A stretch of DNA of 64,000 nt from an uncultured Gammaproteobacteria bacterium (GTDB lineage Bacteria > Patescibacteriota > Patescibacteriia > UBA1558 > S5-K13). This document shows, one piece after another, positions 18,415-28,019 of this stretch. The notes under the pieces were generated by a model, which did no database searches, was not told the DNA's origin, and saw nothing but the letters and a program-made list of their open reading frames with translations. Location of the stretch: contig CAYRHT010000002.1 of assembly GCA_964424195.1 (NCBI GenBank), positions 8,458-72,457 on the forward strand, in the 5' to 3' direction. The translations under genes and the position numbers were made by a program. How positions within the stretch are numbered: the first letter of the stretch is position 1; every line of letters begins with the position of its first letter.

Positions 18415-21285
18415 ATGAACGATGATAAACAAAATAAATCTTCAGACTTGTTTAAAAAAGAACAAGAGATTTTAAAATTTTGGGAAGATAATAAGATTTT
18501 TGAGAAATCTTTAGAAAAAGATAGTCCTCAAGGCGAGTATTCTTTTTATGATGGACCTCCCTTTGCTACTGGATTACCTCATTACGGACATATTGTAGCT
18601 TCTTTACTAAAAGATATTTTCCCACGATATAAAACTATGCAAGGTTATTCTGTGAAGAGAAAATGGGGCTGGGATTGTCATGGTTTACCAATAGAAAGTT
18701 TAGTTGAAAAAGATTTACAAATTAAATCTAAAGATGAAATTGAAGATAAAATTGGTGTTGATAAATTTAATGAATCTTGTCGATCTTGTGTGATGAAATA
18801 TGCTGATGAATGGAAGAAATTTATTCCAATGATTGGTCGATGGGTTGACATGGAAGATGATTACAAAACCATGGATCCTGAGTATATGGAATCTATTTGG
18901 TGGGTTTTTAAATCATTATGGGAAAAAGGTTTGATTTATGAAGGATATAAATCAATGCATATTTGTCCTCATTGTGAAACAACTCTTTCTAATTTTGAAG
19001 TAACTCAAGGGTATAAAGATATTAAAGACTTGTCAGTTATAGCTAAGTTTGAATTAGTCGATGAACCCGGAACTTTTATTTTAGCTTGGACAACTACTCC
19101 TTGGACTTTGCCAGGAAATGTAGCCTTAGCTGTTGGTAAAAAAATGGATTATGTAAAAGTAGAAGTAGATGGTTTAAAATATATTTTAGCTAAAGAATTA
19201 GTGGAACAAGTCTTTACTGAGAAAGAATATACTATAGTAGAGGAACTTAAGGGTAAAGATTTAGTCGGTAAAGCCTATCAGCCATTATTTGATTATTTTA
19301 AAGATGCTGAAAATAAAGAAAATGGTTGGAAAATATATGATGCTGATTTTGTAACTATTGAAGATGGTACTGGAATTGTGCATATTGCTCCAGCTTTTGG
19401 TGAAGATGATATGAATTTAGGTAAAGATAATAATTTACCATTTGTTCAGCATGTTCATGGTAATGGTAAGTTTATAGAAGATATGGGTGATTTTGCTGGA
19501 TTAGAAGTAAAGCCTAAAGAAGATACTCAGAAAACTGATGTAGAAATTATTAAATATTTAGCTACTAAAGACTTGTTATTTTCTAAATTAAAATATGAAC
19601 ATTCATATCCTCATTGTTGGCGTTGTGATGCTCCATTATTAAACTACGCTACTAAGTCTTGGTTTGTAAAAGTTACTGAAATTAAAGATAAAATTATTGC
19701 TAATAATAATAAAGTAAATTGGGTGCCAGCTAATTTTAAAGAAGGTCGAATGGGTAAGTGGCTAGAAGGAGCTCGGGATTGGTCTATTTCCCGACAAAGA
19801 TATTGGGGTTCAGTAATGCCTATTTGGAAATGTTCTTGTGGTGAAATGAAGGTAATTGGTTCTATTGAGGAATTAGAAAAACTCTCTGGAAAAAAAGTGG
19901 AGGATTTACATAAACATGTCGTGGATAAAATAACTATTAAATGTGAAAAGTGTGATCAGGAAATGAATAGAATTCCAGATGTATTAGATTGTTGGTTTGA
20001 ATCTGGTTCTATGCCCTATGCTTCAGTTCATTATCCTTTTGAAAACAAAGAGTGGTTTGAGAATAATTTTCCAGCTGAATTTATTGCCGAAGGACAAGAT
20101 CAAACCAGAGGATGGTTCTATACTTTATTAGTACTATCTACTGCTTTATTCGATCAGCCAGCATTTTCTAATGTAGTAGTGAATGGTATGGCTTTAGCTG
20201 AAGACGGTAAGAAAATGTCTAAGAGATTAAAAAATTATCCAGATCCTTCAGAAATGATTTATAAATACTCAGCTGATGCTTTACGATATTATTTGCTTTC
20301 TTCTCCAATTGTGAAAGCTGGTGATTTATGTTTTTCTGAAAAAGATTTATCAAGTATCTATTATCGATATATTTCTACTCTAATGAATGTGCTTTCTTTC
20401 TATAATATGTATGCTCAGGAAGATGATGCTAATTTTTTAGAGCCAGAGCATGTATTGGATAAGTGGATTTTAGCTAAGCTAAAAGAATTAAAAAAGAATA
20501 TTACTGATAACTTAGAGAAATATGAAGTAAAGAAATCTATGGATCCAATTGGAGAATTTATTCTAGAGTTATCTACTTGGTATTTAAGACGTTCTCGAGA
20601 TAGATTTAAAGAAGACGATGTTTTGGGAAGAAAAACTTTACATTATGTTATTTTAGAATTTAGTAAATTAATTTCTCCTTTTATGCCTTTCCTAGCAGAG
20701 GACCTATACAAACAGATGAAGGGCGAGAAAGAATCAGTTCATTTAGATTCGTGGCCAGAATTAGAGAAATTAAGTAAAGAAGAAGTTGCACTATTAGAAG
20801 ATATGGAAACTGCTCGAAAAGTAGTAGAGAAATCTCATAATTTAAGAGATCAGGCTGGAATGAAAGTTAGACAACCACTAGCTTCTATAAAATATCATTT
20901 TGATAAAAAAGCATTGAAATCAAAATTTGAACAAATCATTGCTGAAGAGGTTAATGTAAAAGTTGTAGAATTTTCTAAAGATGTAGCCGAAAATGAAGTG
21001 GATTTAGATACTAAGCTTACTCCAGAATTAAAAGATGAAGCTAATGTGCGAGAATTAGTGAGACAAATTAACTCTCTTCGAAAGAAAGCTAATTTAACTA
21101 TTAAAGACACGGTGAAAGTTTACTTCCAGAGTGATGATTTAGCTAAATTAATCTTAGAGAACAAAGAATTTCTACAAAAAAATACTTTAGCAGAAGATGT
21201 TATTAATGATAAAGTTAATGAAAGTTTGATAACTAAAGAGGTAGAAATTAACGAGTTTAAAGTAGAAATTAGTTTAGTTTCTTAA
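18415..21285 (+). CDS. ileS: Isoleucine--tRNA ligase (IleRS type 2)
   Basis: DGPPFATGLPHYGH, GWDCHGLP, WTTTPWTLP, DWSISRQRYWG, KMSKR. Confidence 0.97.
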   Translation: MNDDKQNKSSDLFKKEQEILKFWEDNKIFEKSLEKDSPQGEYSFYDGPPFATGLPHYGHIVASLLKDIFPRYKTMQGYSVKRKWGWDCHGLPIESLVEKDLQIKSKDEIEDKIGVDKFNESCRSCVMKYADEWKKFIPMIGRWVDMEDDYKTMDPEYMESIWWVFKSLWEKGLIYEGYKSMHICPHCETTLSNFEVTQGYKDIKDLSVIAKFELVDEPGTFILAWTTTPWTLPGNVALAVGKKMDYVKVEVDGLKYILAKELVEQVFTEKEYTIVEELKGKDLVGKAYQPLFDYFKDAENKENGWKIYDADFVTIEDGTGIVHIAPAFGEDDMNLGKDNNLPFVQHVHGNGKFIEDMGDFAGLEVKPKEDTQKTDVEIIKYLATKDLLFSKLKYEHSYPHCWRCDAPLLNYATKSWFVKVTEIKDKIIANNNKVNWVPANFKEGRMGKWLEGARDWSISRQRYWGSVMPIWKCSCGEMKVIGSIEELEKLSGKKVEDLHKHVVDKITIKCEKCDQEMNRIPDVLDCWFESGSMPYASVHYPFENKEWFENNFPAEFIAEGQDQTRGWFYTLLVLSTALFDQPAFSNVVVNGMALAEDGKKMSKRLKNYPDPSEMIYKYSADALRYYLLSSPIVKAGDLCFSEKDLSSIYYRYISTLMNVLSFYNMYAQEDDANFLEPEHVLDKWILAKLKELKKNITDNLEKYEVKKSMDPIGEFILELSTWYLRRSRDRFKEDDVLGRKTLHYVILEFSKLISPFMPFLAEDLYKQMKGEKESVHLDSWPELEKLSKEEVALLEDMETARKVVEKSHNLRDQAGMKVRQPLASIKYHFDKKALKSKFEQIIAEEVNVKVVEFSKDVAENEVDLDTKLTPELKDEANVRELVRQINSLRKKANLTIKDTVKVYFQSDDLAKLILENKEFLQKNTLAEDVINDKVNESLITKEVEINEFKVEISLVS

Positions 21286-21286
21286 T

Positions 21287-21928
21287 ATGGAATATATAGT
21301 TCACGGTATAATTCTTCGGGCTCAGGATTTTAAAGATGCAGACAGATTGTATTCTATTTTAACTTTAGAAAATGGCTTGATTAAAGCTAGCGCTAAGTCT
21401 GTAAAAAAAACAGAAAGTAAATTGTCAGGATTTCTTTTACCCTCTAATCAAGTAGTTTTAATGTTGGCTGGTGGAAAGTCAGGAATAAGTAGAATAGCTC
21501 AAGTAAAAGTGGAAGAAACATATTCTCAGATTGTAAAAGATCATGAGATTTTTTTATTATTTAGTCAGTCAGTAGAAGTTTTATTAAGTTCTTTTAAAGA
21601 AAATTCAGCAGAGCAAGATATTTATAGAATAACTTTATTATTTCTAAATGATTTGAATAGTGAAGATTTGAGTATAGAAAAGAAGAAAGTTCTACAACTA
21701 TCATATTTCTCTCAGCTTCTAAAAATGCTTGGTTTTCAAGCAATAAAATTTAACATTAAATCAAAAATACTGTCTAATTTCTTAGAATTAATGTTCAAAA
21801 ATGACTATTCAAAAAATAGGGATTTAATGCTAAAATTAAAGGTAAGAGAGAATGATTTCTCTGTTTTAAGAGAATGGTTTGTCGATTATTTGCAGAATAT
21901 TTTAGAAAGAAAATTAAATAGTTTTTAA
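21287..21928 (+). CDS. recO: DNA repair protein RecO
   Basis: GIILR..DFKDADRLYSILT.ENG.I.A.AKSVKK.ESKL OB-fold N-terminus; LLKMLGF. Confidence 0.85.
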   Translation: MEYIVHGIILRAQDFKDADRLYSILTLENGLIKASAKSVKKTESKLSGFLLPSNQVVLMLAGGKSGISRIAQVKVEETYSQIVKDHEIFLLFSQSVEVLLSSFKENSAEQDIYRITLLFLNDLNSEDLSIEKKKVLQLSYFSQLLKMLGFQAIKFNIKSKILSNFLELMFKNDYSKNRDLMLKLKVRENDFSVLREWFVDYLQNILERKLNSF

Positions 21929-21938
21929 TAATATAAAA

Positions 21939-24017
21939 ATGAAGAATAAGAAGAATATTTTAGATTTATCTAAGAGAAAAAAGAAATCTTTTTTTAGTTT
22001 AAAGTCAAAATCAGGAGTTGGTCCTAGACCTAATTTAAGTTTTGGAGTTAATGTTAAGAAAGTTAAGGGTGGTAAAAAAGTAAACAGTAGTATTAGACCA
22101 AGATTGTTAAATAAAAAGAAGATTAAAGGTATTAGAAAGAGAGGTTATGATACAGTAGATTCTTCTCATGAAATTGATGATATCTGGAAGAAGAATAAAA
22201 ATGTAGATAAATCAACTTTTGATCAAAGGCCAGCTGTTAAAAGTAAAACTATCCCAATTATTATTTTATTATTATCTCTCCTAGCTGTAACTAGTATAGC
22301 GGGTTGGTATTTTTTTGGTACTAGAGAGTTGAACGGAGAAGGAGTTGTCTTAGAAATTAAGGGAACAGAGAAGATAGTTTCTGGAGAGCAAGTTGAATTA
22401 GTAATTAAATACAAGAATAAAGAGAATGTTAAGGTAAAAAAGTTAGAATTAAGAATTAACTATCCCGAAGGTTTCCATTATATTTCTGCAGAACCTTATG
22501 CTAATACTTTATCATCTAATGTTTGGCAATTGGAAGATTTAAAAGCAGGAGAAACAGGAGAAGTTAAATTGATAGCTCAAGTTATTGGAGAGCTTGATCA
22601 AGAAATTGTTTTAGAACCAATTTTATTATATGAACCTTCTAACTTTAGCTCATCATTTGAATCAAAAACAACTAAAGTTTTTAAAGTTGAAGAATTGTTA
22701 ATGGATTTTAGAGTAGAAGCTCCAGAAGAAATAGGGAATAACAATAGAGTTACTTATAATATATTTTATAAAAATACATCTAATTTACCTTTAGATAACT
22801 TTAGATTAAGAATGGATTATCCGAGTAATTTTACTATTATTGAAACTGGAGGAGATGCTAAATTATTAACAGAAGATATTTGGCAGATTGATGAGATTAT
22901 GAAAGATGAAGAAAATGAAATTATAGTAACCGGGTTTTTTGATCTAGATCAGATTAGTTCTTCAACTATCAAAGCTATTTTAGAAATTAAATCAACTTTA
23001 GCAGAGATTCCTTTGATTGGGGAATCAAATCCTAATTGGTATCCATATTTAACAATTGAGAAAGATATTACTTTGTCTGAATTAGCTGCTAATTTAAAGA
23101 TGTCTGTGAATGGAGATAATAAAGATTCAGCTATTGATTGGGGTCAAGAATTAGAATATGTAATTAATTATAAGAATATTAGTGATTCAGACTTAGAAAA
23201 TGTTTCTATTGTTGCTATGTTAAATTCTGAGTATTTAGATTGGGATTCTTTAGATGATAATTTTAATGGTTTAGTTGATGAAGGAACAGGAATTATTACT
23301 TGGGATAAAAGAATTATTCCTTCTTTAGCAAAATTAGATATGGGACAAGAAGGTCGAATTAGTTTTAAGATTAAAGTAGTTGATTTTCAAGAAGAATTTT
23401 TAGAAGAAGAAAATCATACTATTAGTTCTAAAGCTCTTTTAGATTCTGATACTTTTGAAGCAATAGAAAGTGATGATGCTAGCGAAGAAACTAAAATAGT
23501 AGATTCTAATATTATTGTTAATAAGGTTAATAGTGTTGTTAATTTAACAACTAGAGCTAGATATTATGATGAAAGTGGTCAGGCTGTTGGTTCAGGACCA
23601 TTACCACCTTTTGTAGGGGAAACTACTAGTTATCAAATAGTTTGGGATCTAAAATCTTTAACTAGTGATTTGAAAGATGTGATAGTAAAGACAACTTTAC
23701 CTCCCGGAGTTGAGTGGGGACAAGGTATAGCTATTGAAGGACAAGATTTAATTTTTAATGATACAACTCGACAAGCAGTATGGAGAATAAGTGATTTAAC
23801 AAAGAATATTAATAATATAGCTAAGTTTAGTGTTCTAGTAACTCCAGATGAAAGCCAGATTGGTAAAATAATGACTTTAAATAATACTATAACATTAACA
23901 GCAGAAGATATTTATTCTAATGGAAGAATAAATTTAAGTAATAGTTATCTAACCACTGAATTAGAAGGTGATACTAAGGCAGCTGGTAATGAAAAAGTAG
24001 TTGATCTAGATTTATGA
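21939..24017 (+). CDS. Conserved CPR membrane-anchored protein with Ig/DUF11-like repeats
   Basis: Basic N-tail, one TM helix, repeated Y.I.YKN...W.. beta modules, C-terminal GSGPLPP.VGETTSY.I.W. Confidence 0.6.
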   Translation: MKNKKNILDLSKRKKKSFFSLKSKSGVGPRPNLSFGVNVKKVKGGKKVNSSIRPRLLNKKKIKGIRKRGYDTVDSSHEIDDIWKKNKNVDKSTFDQRPAVKSKTIPIIILLLSLLAVTSIAGWYFFGTRELNGEGVVLEIKGTEKIVSGEQVELVIKYKNKENVKVKKLELRINYPEGFHYISAEPYANTLSSNVWQLEDLKAGETGEVKLIAQVIGELDQEIVLEPILLYEPSNFSSSFESKTTKVFKVEELLMDFRVEAPEEIGNNNRVTYNIFYKNTSNLPLDNFRLRMDYPSNFTIIETGGDAKLLTEDIWQIDEIMKDEENEIIVTGFFDLDQISSSTIKAILEIKSTLAEIPLIGESNPNWYPYLTIEKDITLSELAANLKMSVNGDNKDSAIDWGQELEYVINYKNISDSDLENVSIVAMLNSEYLDWDSLDDNFNGLVDEGTGIITWDKRIIPSLAKLDMGQEGRISFKIKVVDFQEEFLEEENHTISSKALLDSDTFEAIESDDASEETKIVDSNIIVNKVNSVVNLTTRARYYDESGQAVGSGPLPPFVGETTSYQIVWDLKSLTSDLKDVIVKTTLPPGVEWGQGIAIEGQDLIFNDTTRQAVWRISDLTKNINNIAKFSVLVTPDESQIGKIMTLNNTITLTAEDIYSNGRINLSNSYLTTELEGDTKAAGNEKVVDLDL

Positions 24018-25117
24018 TATTTAAAGTATTAAAGAAGTCCAAAAAATCACAAGCTCGTTTAGGTGTTTTAAATACCAAATCAGGTAAACTTAAAACGCCT
24101 TTTTTTATGCCGATTGCTACTAGAGGAGTGGTAAAGTCTTTGTCTTACCAAGATGTAGAAAGTTTAAATCCTCAAATTATCTTAGGAAATACTTACCATC
24201 TCTATCTTAAACCAGGATTGAAGATTATCAAGAAAGGCGGAGGAATATCTAAATTGATGAATAATAAGTTTCCTATTTTAACTGATTCTGGTGGTTTTCA
24301 AGTATTTTCTTTATCAAAGATTAGAAAATTATTAGATAATGGTGTTAAATTTCAATCTACTTATGATGGTTCTTGGCATTTATTTACTCCAGAGAAAGTA
24401 ATGAAAATTCAATCAGTTTTAGATTCAGATATTCAAATGGTTTTAGATGTTTGTTCAGATTCCAAATCAAGTGAGAAAAAAATACTAGAAGCTTTAAGGC
24501 TTACTACTAAATGGGCCCAGAAATGTAAGCAAGCTAAAAAGAAATTAGATCCTCAGAATAAGAATCTTTTATTCGGTATTATTCAGGGAGGACTGAATAA
24601 AGAATTAAGAATCAAGAGTTTGGAAGATTTAGAGAAGATAGGTTTTGATGGTTATGCTATTGGTGGATTAGCTGTTGGAGAAAGCAAAGAAGAAATGTAT
24701 CAAGTATTAGATTATCTTAGCCCATTTATGCCAGGAGATAAACCAAGATATTTAATGGGAGTTGGTTATCCAGAGAATATTATCGAAGCTGTAAAAAGAG
24801 GAGTAGACATGTTTGATTGTGTTATTCCTACTAGAGAAGCTCGACATGGACGACTTTACTTTAGAAAAGGAACTTCTTTAAAAGGTAATTTTTATGAGAC
24901 TATAAATATTATGAATTCTAAGTTTGCTCAGGATATGAAGTTGATAAATAAGAATTCTAAATTAGAAGTATTAAGAAAATACAATAAAGCCTATTTACAT
25001 CATTTATTTAAAATGCAAGATCCTTTAGCTTTGAAATTAGCTACTTTGAATAATATTGAATTCTATTTAAATTTAATGAATGATATTCGTAAGGGAATAG
25101 CTAACAATAGTTTTTAA
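24014..25117 (+). CDS. tgt: Queuine tRNA-ribosyltransferase
   Basis: TPFFMP, GNTYHL, TDSGGFQVFSL, GIIQGG, GGLAVGE, PRYLMGVG, DMFDCV.PTR. Confidence 0.96.
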   Translation: MIFKVLKKSKKSQARLGVLNTKSGKLKTPFFMPIATRGVVKSLSYQDVESLNPQIILGNTYHLYLKPGLKIIKKGGGISKLMNNKFPILTDSGGFQVFSLSKIRKLLDNGVKFQSTYDGSWHLFTPEKVMKIQSVLDSDIQMVLDVCSDSKSSEKKILEALRLTTKWAQKCKQAKKKLDPQNKNLLFGIIQGGLNKELRIKSLEDLEKIGFDGYAIGGLAVGESKEEMYQVLDYLSPFMPGDKPRYLMGVGYPENIIEAVKRGVDMFDCVIPTREARHGRLYFRKGTSLKGNFYETINIMNSKFAQDMKLINKNSKLEVLRKYNKAYLHHLFKMQDPLALKLATLNNIEFYLNLMNDIRKGIANNSF

Positions 25118-25130
25118 GCTGATAAAACTA

Positions 25131-25189
25131 TTGACATGAAGAGAATATTGTTCTAGAATAGTATTAATCCTGTTTAAGACAGGATTAAT
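25131..25189 (+). promoter_or_regulatory. rplY promoter and 5' leader hairpin
   Basis: TTGACA(25131)-N17-TAGAAT(25154), then the perfect stem attaatcctgt-ttaag-acaggattaat (25163-25189). Confidence 0.75.
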
Positions 25190-25223
25190 TTAGTAAATTA
25201 TTCATTAATTCTATTATAATTAT

Positions 25224-25916
25224 ATGACAGAACTAACTTTAAAATCTGAGCCTAGATCAGAAATGAAGGGTGGAAATCCAAAGAGAATGCTTAAAGATGG
25301 TATTCTTCCAGCCGTTATTTATGGTCCAGATTCAAAAAATATCAATATCAAACTTAACTATCAAGAGTTCTTGAAAGTTTTTAAAATTGCCGGAGAATCA
25401 AAGGTAGTTAACTTAAGTGTTGGTGATAAAACAATCCAAGTTTTAACTCACAAAATACAGAAACATCCTGTTACTGACAACATCACTCATGTAGATTTTT
25501 ATCAGTTTAACAAGAACAAGAAATTTAGTGTTGAAGTTCCTATTAACTTTGTAGGTGAATCAAGAGCAGTTAAAGAAGAAAGTGGTATCTTAGTTACAAA
25601 TATTGATACTGTATTAGTAGAATGTCTTTATACTGATCTTATTTCAGAGATTAAAGTTGATTTATCAGCTTTAGAGAATTTAAATGATTCAATTTATGTT
25701 TCTGATTTAAAAGTCAGTGAAGGTGTAAACTTCTTAACAGGAGATGATCAAGTGATTATTAGTGTTAAGCCTATGAGAGTTCAGGAAGAAATAGTTGAAG
25801 AAACTCCAGAAGCAGAAGAAGGTGCTGAAGGAGAAGTTAAAGAAGAAGGTGCTGAAGGAGAAGTTAAAGAAGAAGGTGCTGAAGATAAACCTACTGAAGG
25901 AGAAAAGAAAGAATAA
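25224..25916 (+). CDS. rplY: 50S ribosomal protein L25/Ctc
   Basis: G.LPAVIYG, Q.HPV...HVDFY, VEVPINFVGES.AVK, acidic tail. Confidence 0.95.
   Translation: MTELTLKSEPRSEMKGGNPKRMLKDGILPAVIYGPDSKNINIKLNYQEFLKVFKIAGESKVVNLSVGDKTIQVLTHKIQKHPVTDNITHVDFYQFNKNKKFSVEVPINFVGESRAVKEESGILVTNIDTVLVECLYTDLISEIKVDLSALENLNDSIYVSDLKVSEGVNFLTGDDQVIISVKPMRVQEEIVEETPEAEEGAEGEVKEEGAEGEVKEEGAEDKPTEGEKKE
25814..25884 (+). repeat. 27-bp perfect tandem repeat (about 2.6 copies) encoding EEGAEGEVK
   Basis: agaagaaggtgctgaaggagaagttaa twice plus a 17-bp partial copy. Confidence 0.95.
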
Positions 25917-25934
25917 ATTATACTTTTATATATT

Positions 25935-25964
25935 AAACCCCACTTTTATAAAGTGGGGTTTTTT
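25935..25964 (+). terminator. Intrinsic terminator
   Basis: aaaccccacttt-tat-aaagtggggtttttt after rplY. Confidence 0.9.
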
Positions 25965-26010
25965 AGTATAATAAATATAGAATGTTAAATTATTATTCCT
26001 TTTTAAACAA

Positions 26011-26508
26011 ATGAATCAAGAAAAAAACATAAATTCATTAATATCTATAATCTTTATTATAGTTATTATTATCTGTGGAATAATAGTTCTAGGTGTCTAT
26101 ATGAATGATCGATGGAAAAATATGAGAGATATTAGAAGGCAAGCAGATATTAAGAATACTATAAAAGCTGTTGATATATATTATTTAGACCATAGTAAGC
26201 TACCAGATAATGTTACCAATAATGAATGGGATTCTAGTTATGATTTAGCCAATAATAATCAAACTTTGTTTAAAGTATTGCGTGATAATAATCTTCTTTC
26301 TCAGATTTTTGATCCGAAGAATAATGAAGAATATCAGTATCGATATCATAAATTTAAAAGAGGGGAATATGGTTGTAGTAGGACATTTGCTATCTTTCAG
26401 GTAACTAAGTTTGAGACTGAAGTTGAAGATCATGGACAAGGAGAATGTTTAAGTAGAAATTTTGTTTTAGATGCTCCTAATGGATATACTTATATGTGGT
26501 TTGAATAG
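26011..26508 (+). CDS. Pilin/pseudopilin G-like protein lacking a class III cleavage motif
   Basis: Hydrophobic N-terminus, then RD.RR.ADI.....A.D.YY.D...LP and DP.N...Y.Y; no G|FTLIE motif. Confidence 0.6.
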   Translation: MNQEKNINSLISIIFIIVIIICGIIVLGVYMNDRWKNMRDIRRQADIKNTIKAVDIYYLDHSKLPDNVTNNEWDSSYDLANNNQTLFKVLRDNNLLSQIFDPKNNEEYQYRYHKFKRGEYGCSRTFAIFQVTKFETEVEDHGQGECLSRNFVLDAPNGYTYMWFE

Positions 26509-26527
26509 ATAGATATTATATATTATT

Positions 26528-26554
26528 AAAAATCTCCTTTGAAGGAGATTTTTT
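26528..26554 (+). terminator. Intrinsic terminator
   Basis: aaaaatctcctt-tg-aaggagatttttt. Confidence 0.8.
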
Positions 26555-26564
26555 GTTTTAAGGC

Positions 26565-26625
26565 TTGACATAATTATGGTAGAGGAGTAAGTTAAAGATA
26601 GACGGCTGTCAATTAACCGACGGCT
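26565..26625 (+). promoter_or_regulatory. Promoter of the 7TM operon with GACGGCT direct repeat/leader hairpin
   Basis: TTGACA(26565)-N17-TAAGTT; gacggct at 26601 and 26619. Confidence 0.5.
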
Positions 26626-26658
26626 ATAAAGGTAGTATCTTATTTATGAAATAAATAT

Positions 26659-27330
26659 ATGTGGATCAAGTTTTTAGTTTTAATGCTTGTCGCTGTGCTT
26701 AATATAGTTTTAGGTTTGATTATTTTAATGAAGAATAAAAATAGAGATAAATCTAAACTATATTTTTCATTAATGTATTTTAGTGCTGGATTATGGTCTG
26801 GTAGTATATCCTTATCTCTATTAATAATTAATGAAGATATTTTTTTATGGTTTGCAAAATTTTTCTTTATTTTTGCTACTATGATTTTTCTTTCTTTTTT
26901 ATTGTTTTGTATTGAATTTCCGTATAAAATGAAGAAATTGCCAGTTTTATTTAAGTACCTTATTATTTTAGCTACTATTTATATATTTTATATTAGCTTG
27001 TCTAATAGATTATTAATTGGTGTAGAAAGTTATAAATTTGGATTACGAGAAGTTGAAAATAGTTTTTATCATTTAATATATGGAATGTATTTTTTTATTT
27101 TATTGATCTATAGTTATTATTCATTATTTTATAAATATTTTAATAGTAGTGGAGTTAATAAATCAAGATTATTATGGATTATAGTAAGCACTTTGATTTC
27201 TTTTACATTGGGTATATTTTTTCGTTGGTATTTGCCTTATAAGGATGCATATGATTTTTATTGGTTAGCACCTATATTTATTATATTTATGAACTTTTCA
27301 ATAACTTATTTATTATTTAAGAAAGATTAA
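26659..27330 (+). CDS. Stand-alone 7TM sensor-domain protein (HisKA_7TM-like)
   Basis: Seven hydrophobic segments; N..LG.II..K...YF....LW, F...FP and W..P.F match the N-terminus of the kinase at 32392. Confidence 0.75.
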   Translation: MWIKFLVLMLVAVLNIVLGLIILMKNKNRDKSKLYFSLMYFSAGLWSGSISLSLLIINEDIFLWFAKFFFIFATMIFLSFLLFCIEFPYKMKKLPVLFKYLIILATIYIFYISLSNRLLIGVESYKFGLREVENSFYHLIYGMYFFILLIYSYYSLFYKYFNSSGVNKSRLLWIIVSTLISFTLGIFFRWYLPYKDAYDFYWLAPIFIIFMNFSITYLLFKKD

Positions 27331-27335
27331 AATAT

Positions 27336-28019
27336 ATGTGGATAAAATTTAGTATTTTAATATTCGTTGCTCTGTTTAATATTAGTTTAGGTTTGATTAT
27401 TTTGTTGAAGAATAAGAATAAAGATAAATCTAAGTTATATTTTTCTCTGATGTGTTTTAGTGCTGGATTATGGAGCTTTGTTTCTGCTTTAGTTCAGATT
27501 ACAACTAATATTCCTTATTATATTTGGATTGATAGATCTATTTATGTTTTTACAAGTTTTTCAGTTTTATTCTTTTTGTTTTTTAGCTATGAATTTCAAT
27601 ATAAAATTAGAAAGATACCTAATATATTAAAGTATTTTTTTATTATACTAACTTTTTTGATGATTTTATTAGTTTTGTCTAATAAATTTATTATTGGTGT
27701 TTATCATTATAATGAATTTTTGTATCAATTAGAAAATAAAGGTTTAAATTTAATTTATGGACTGTATTTTATGATGTTATTAATTTGTAGTTATTATTTA
27801 TTATTTTTTAAGTGTTTTAAATCTCAGGGAATTAATAAATCAGTATTAAAATATCTTATTTATTCTACTTTATTCCCTTTCATACTAGCTGTTTTATTTG
27901 CTTGGTATTTTCCTTATACAGGAAGACATTATTTATATTGGATTGGTCCAATTTTTACAATTATTATGAATTATTTAATATTTCGTTTATTTTTAGGAAA
28001 GACAAAATTAAATGAATAA
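27336..28019 (+). CDS. Stand-alone 7TM sensor-domain protein, tandem paralog
   Basis: Shares MWIKF...LGLII..KNKN.DKSKLYFSLM.FSAGLWS with the preceding ORF; ends YWIGPIFTI. Confidence 0.75.
   Translation: MWIKFSILIFVALFNISLGLIILLKNKNKDKSKLYFSLMCFSAGLWSFVSALVQITTNIPYYIWIDRSIYVFTSFSVLFFLFFSYEFQYKIRKIPNILKYFFIILTFLMILLVLSNKFIIGVYHYNEFLYQLENKGLNLIYGLYFMMLLICSYYLLFFKCFKSQGINKSVLKYLIYSTLFPFILAVLFAWYFPYTGRHYLYWIGPIFTIIMNYLIFRLFLGKTKLNE

Noticed and set aside
25814-25884. CRISPR-like repeat
   Set aside because: The copies are contiguous with no spacers, lie in frame within rplY, and there are no cas genes.
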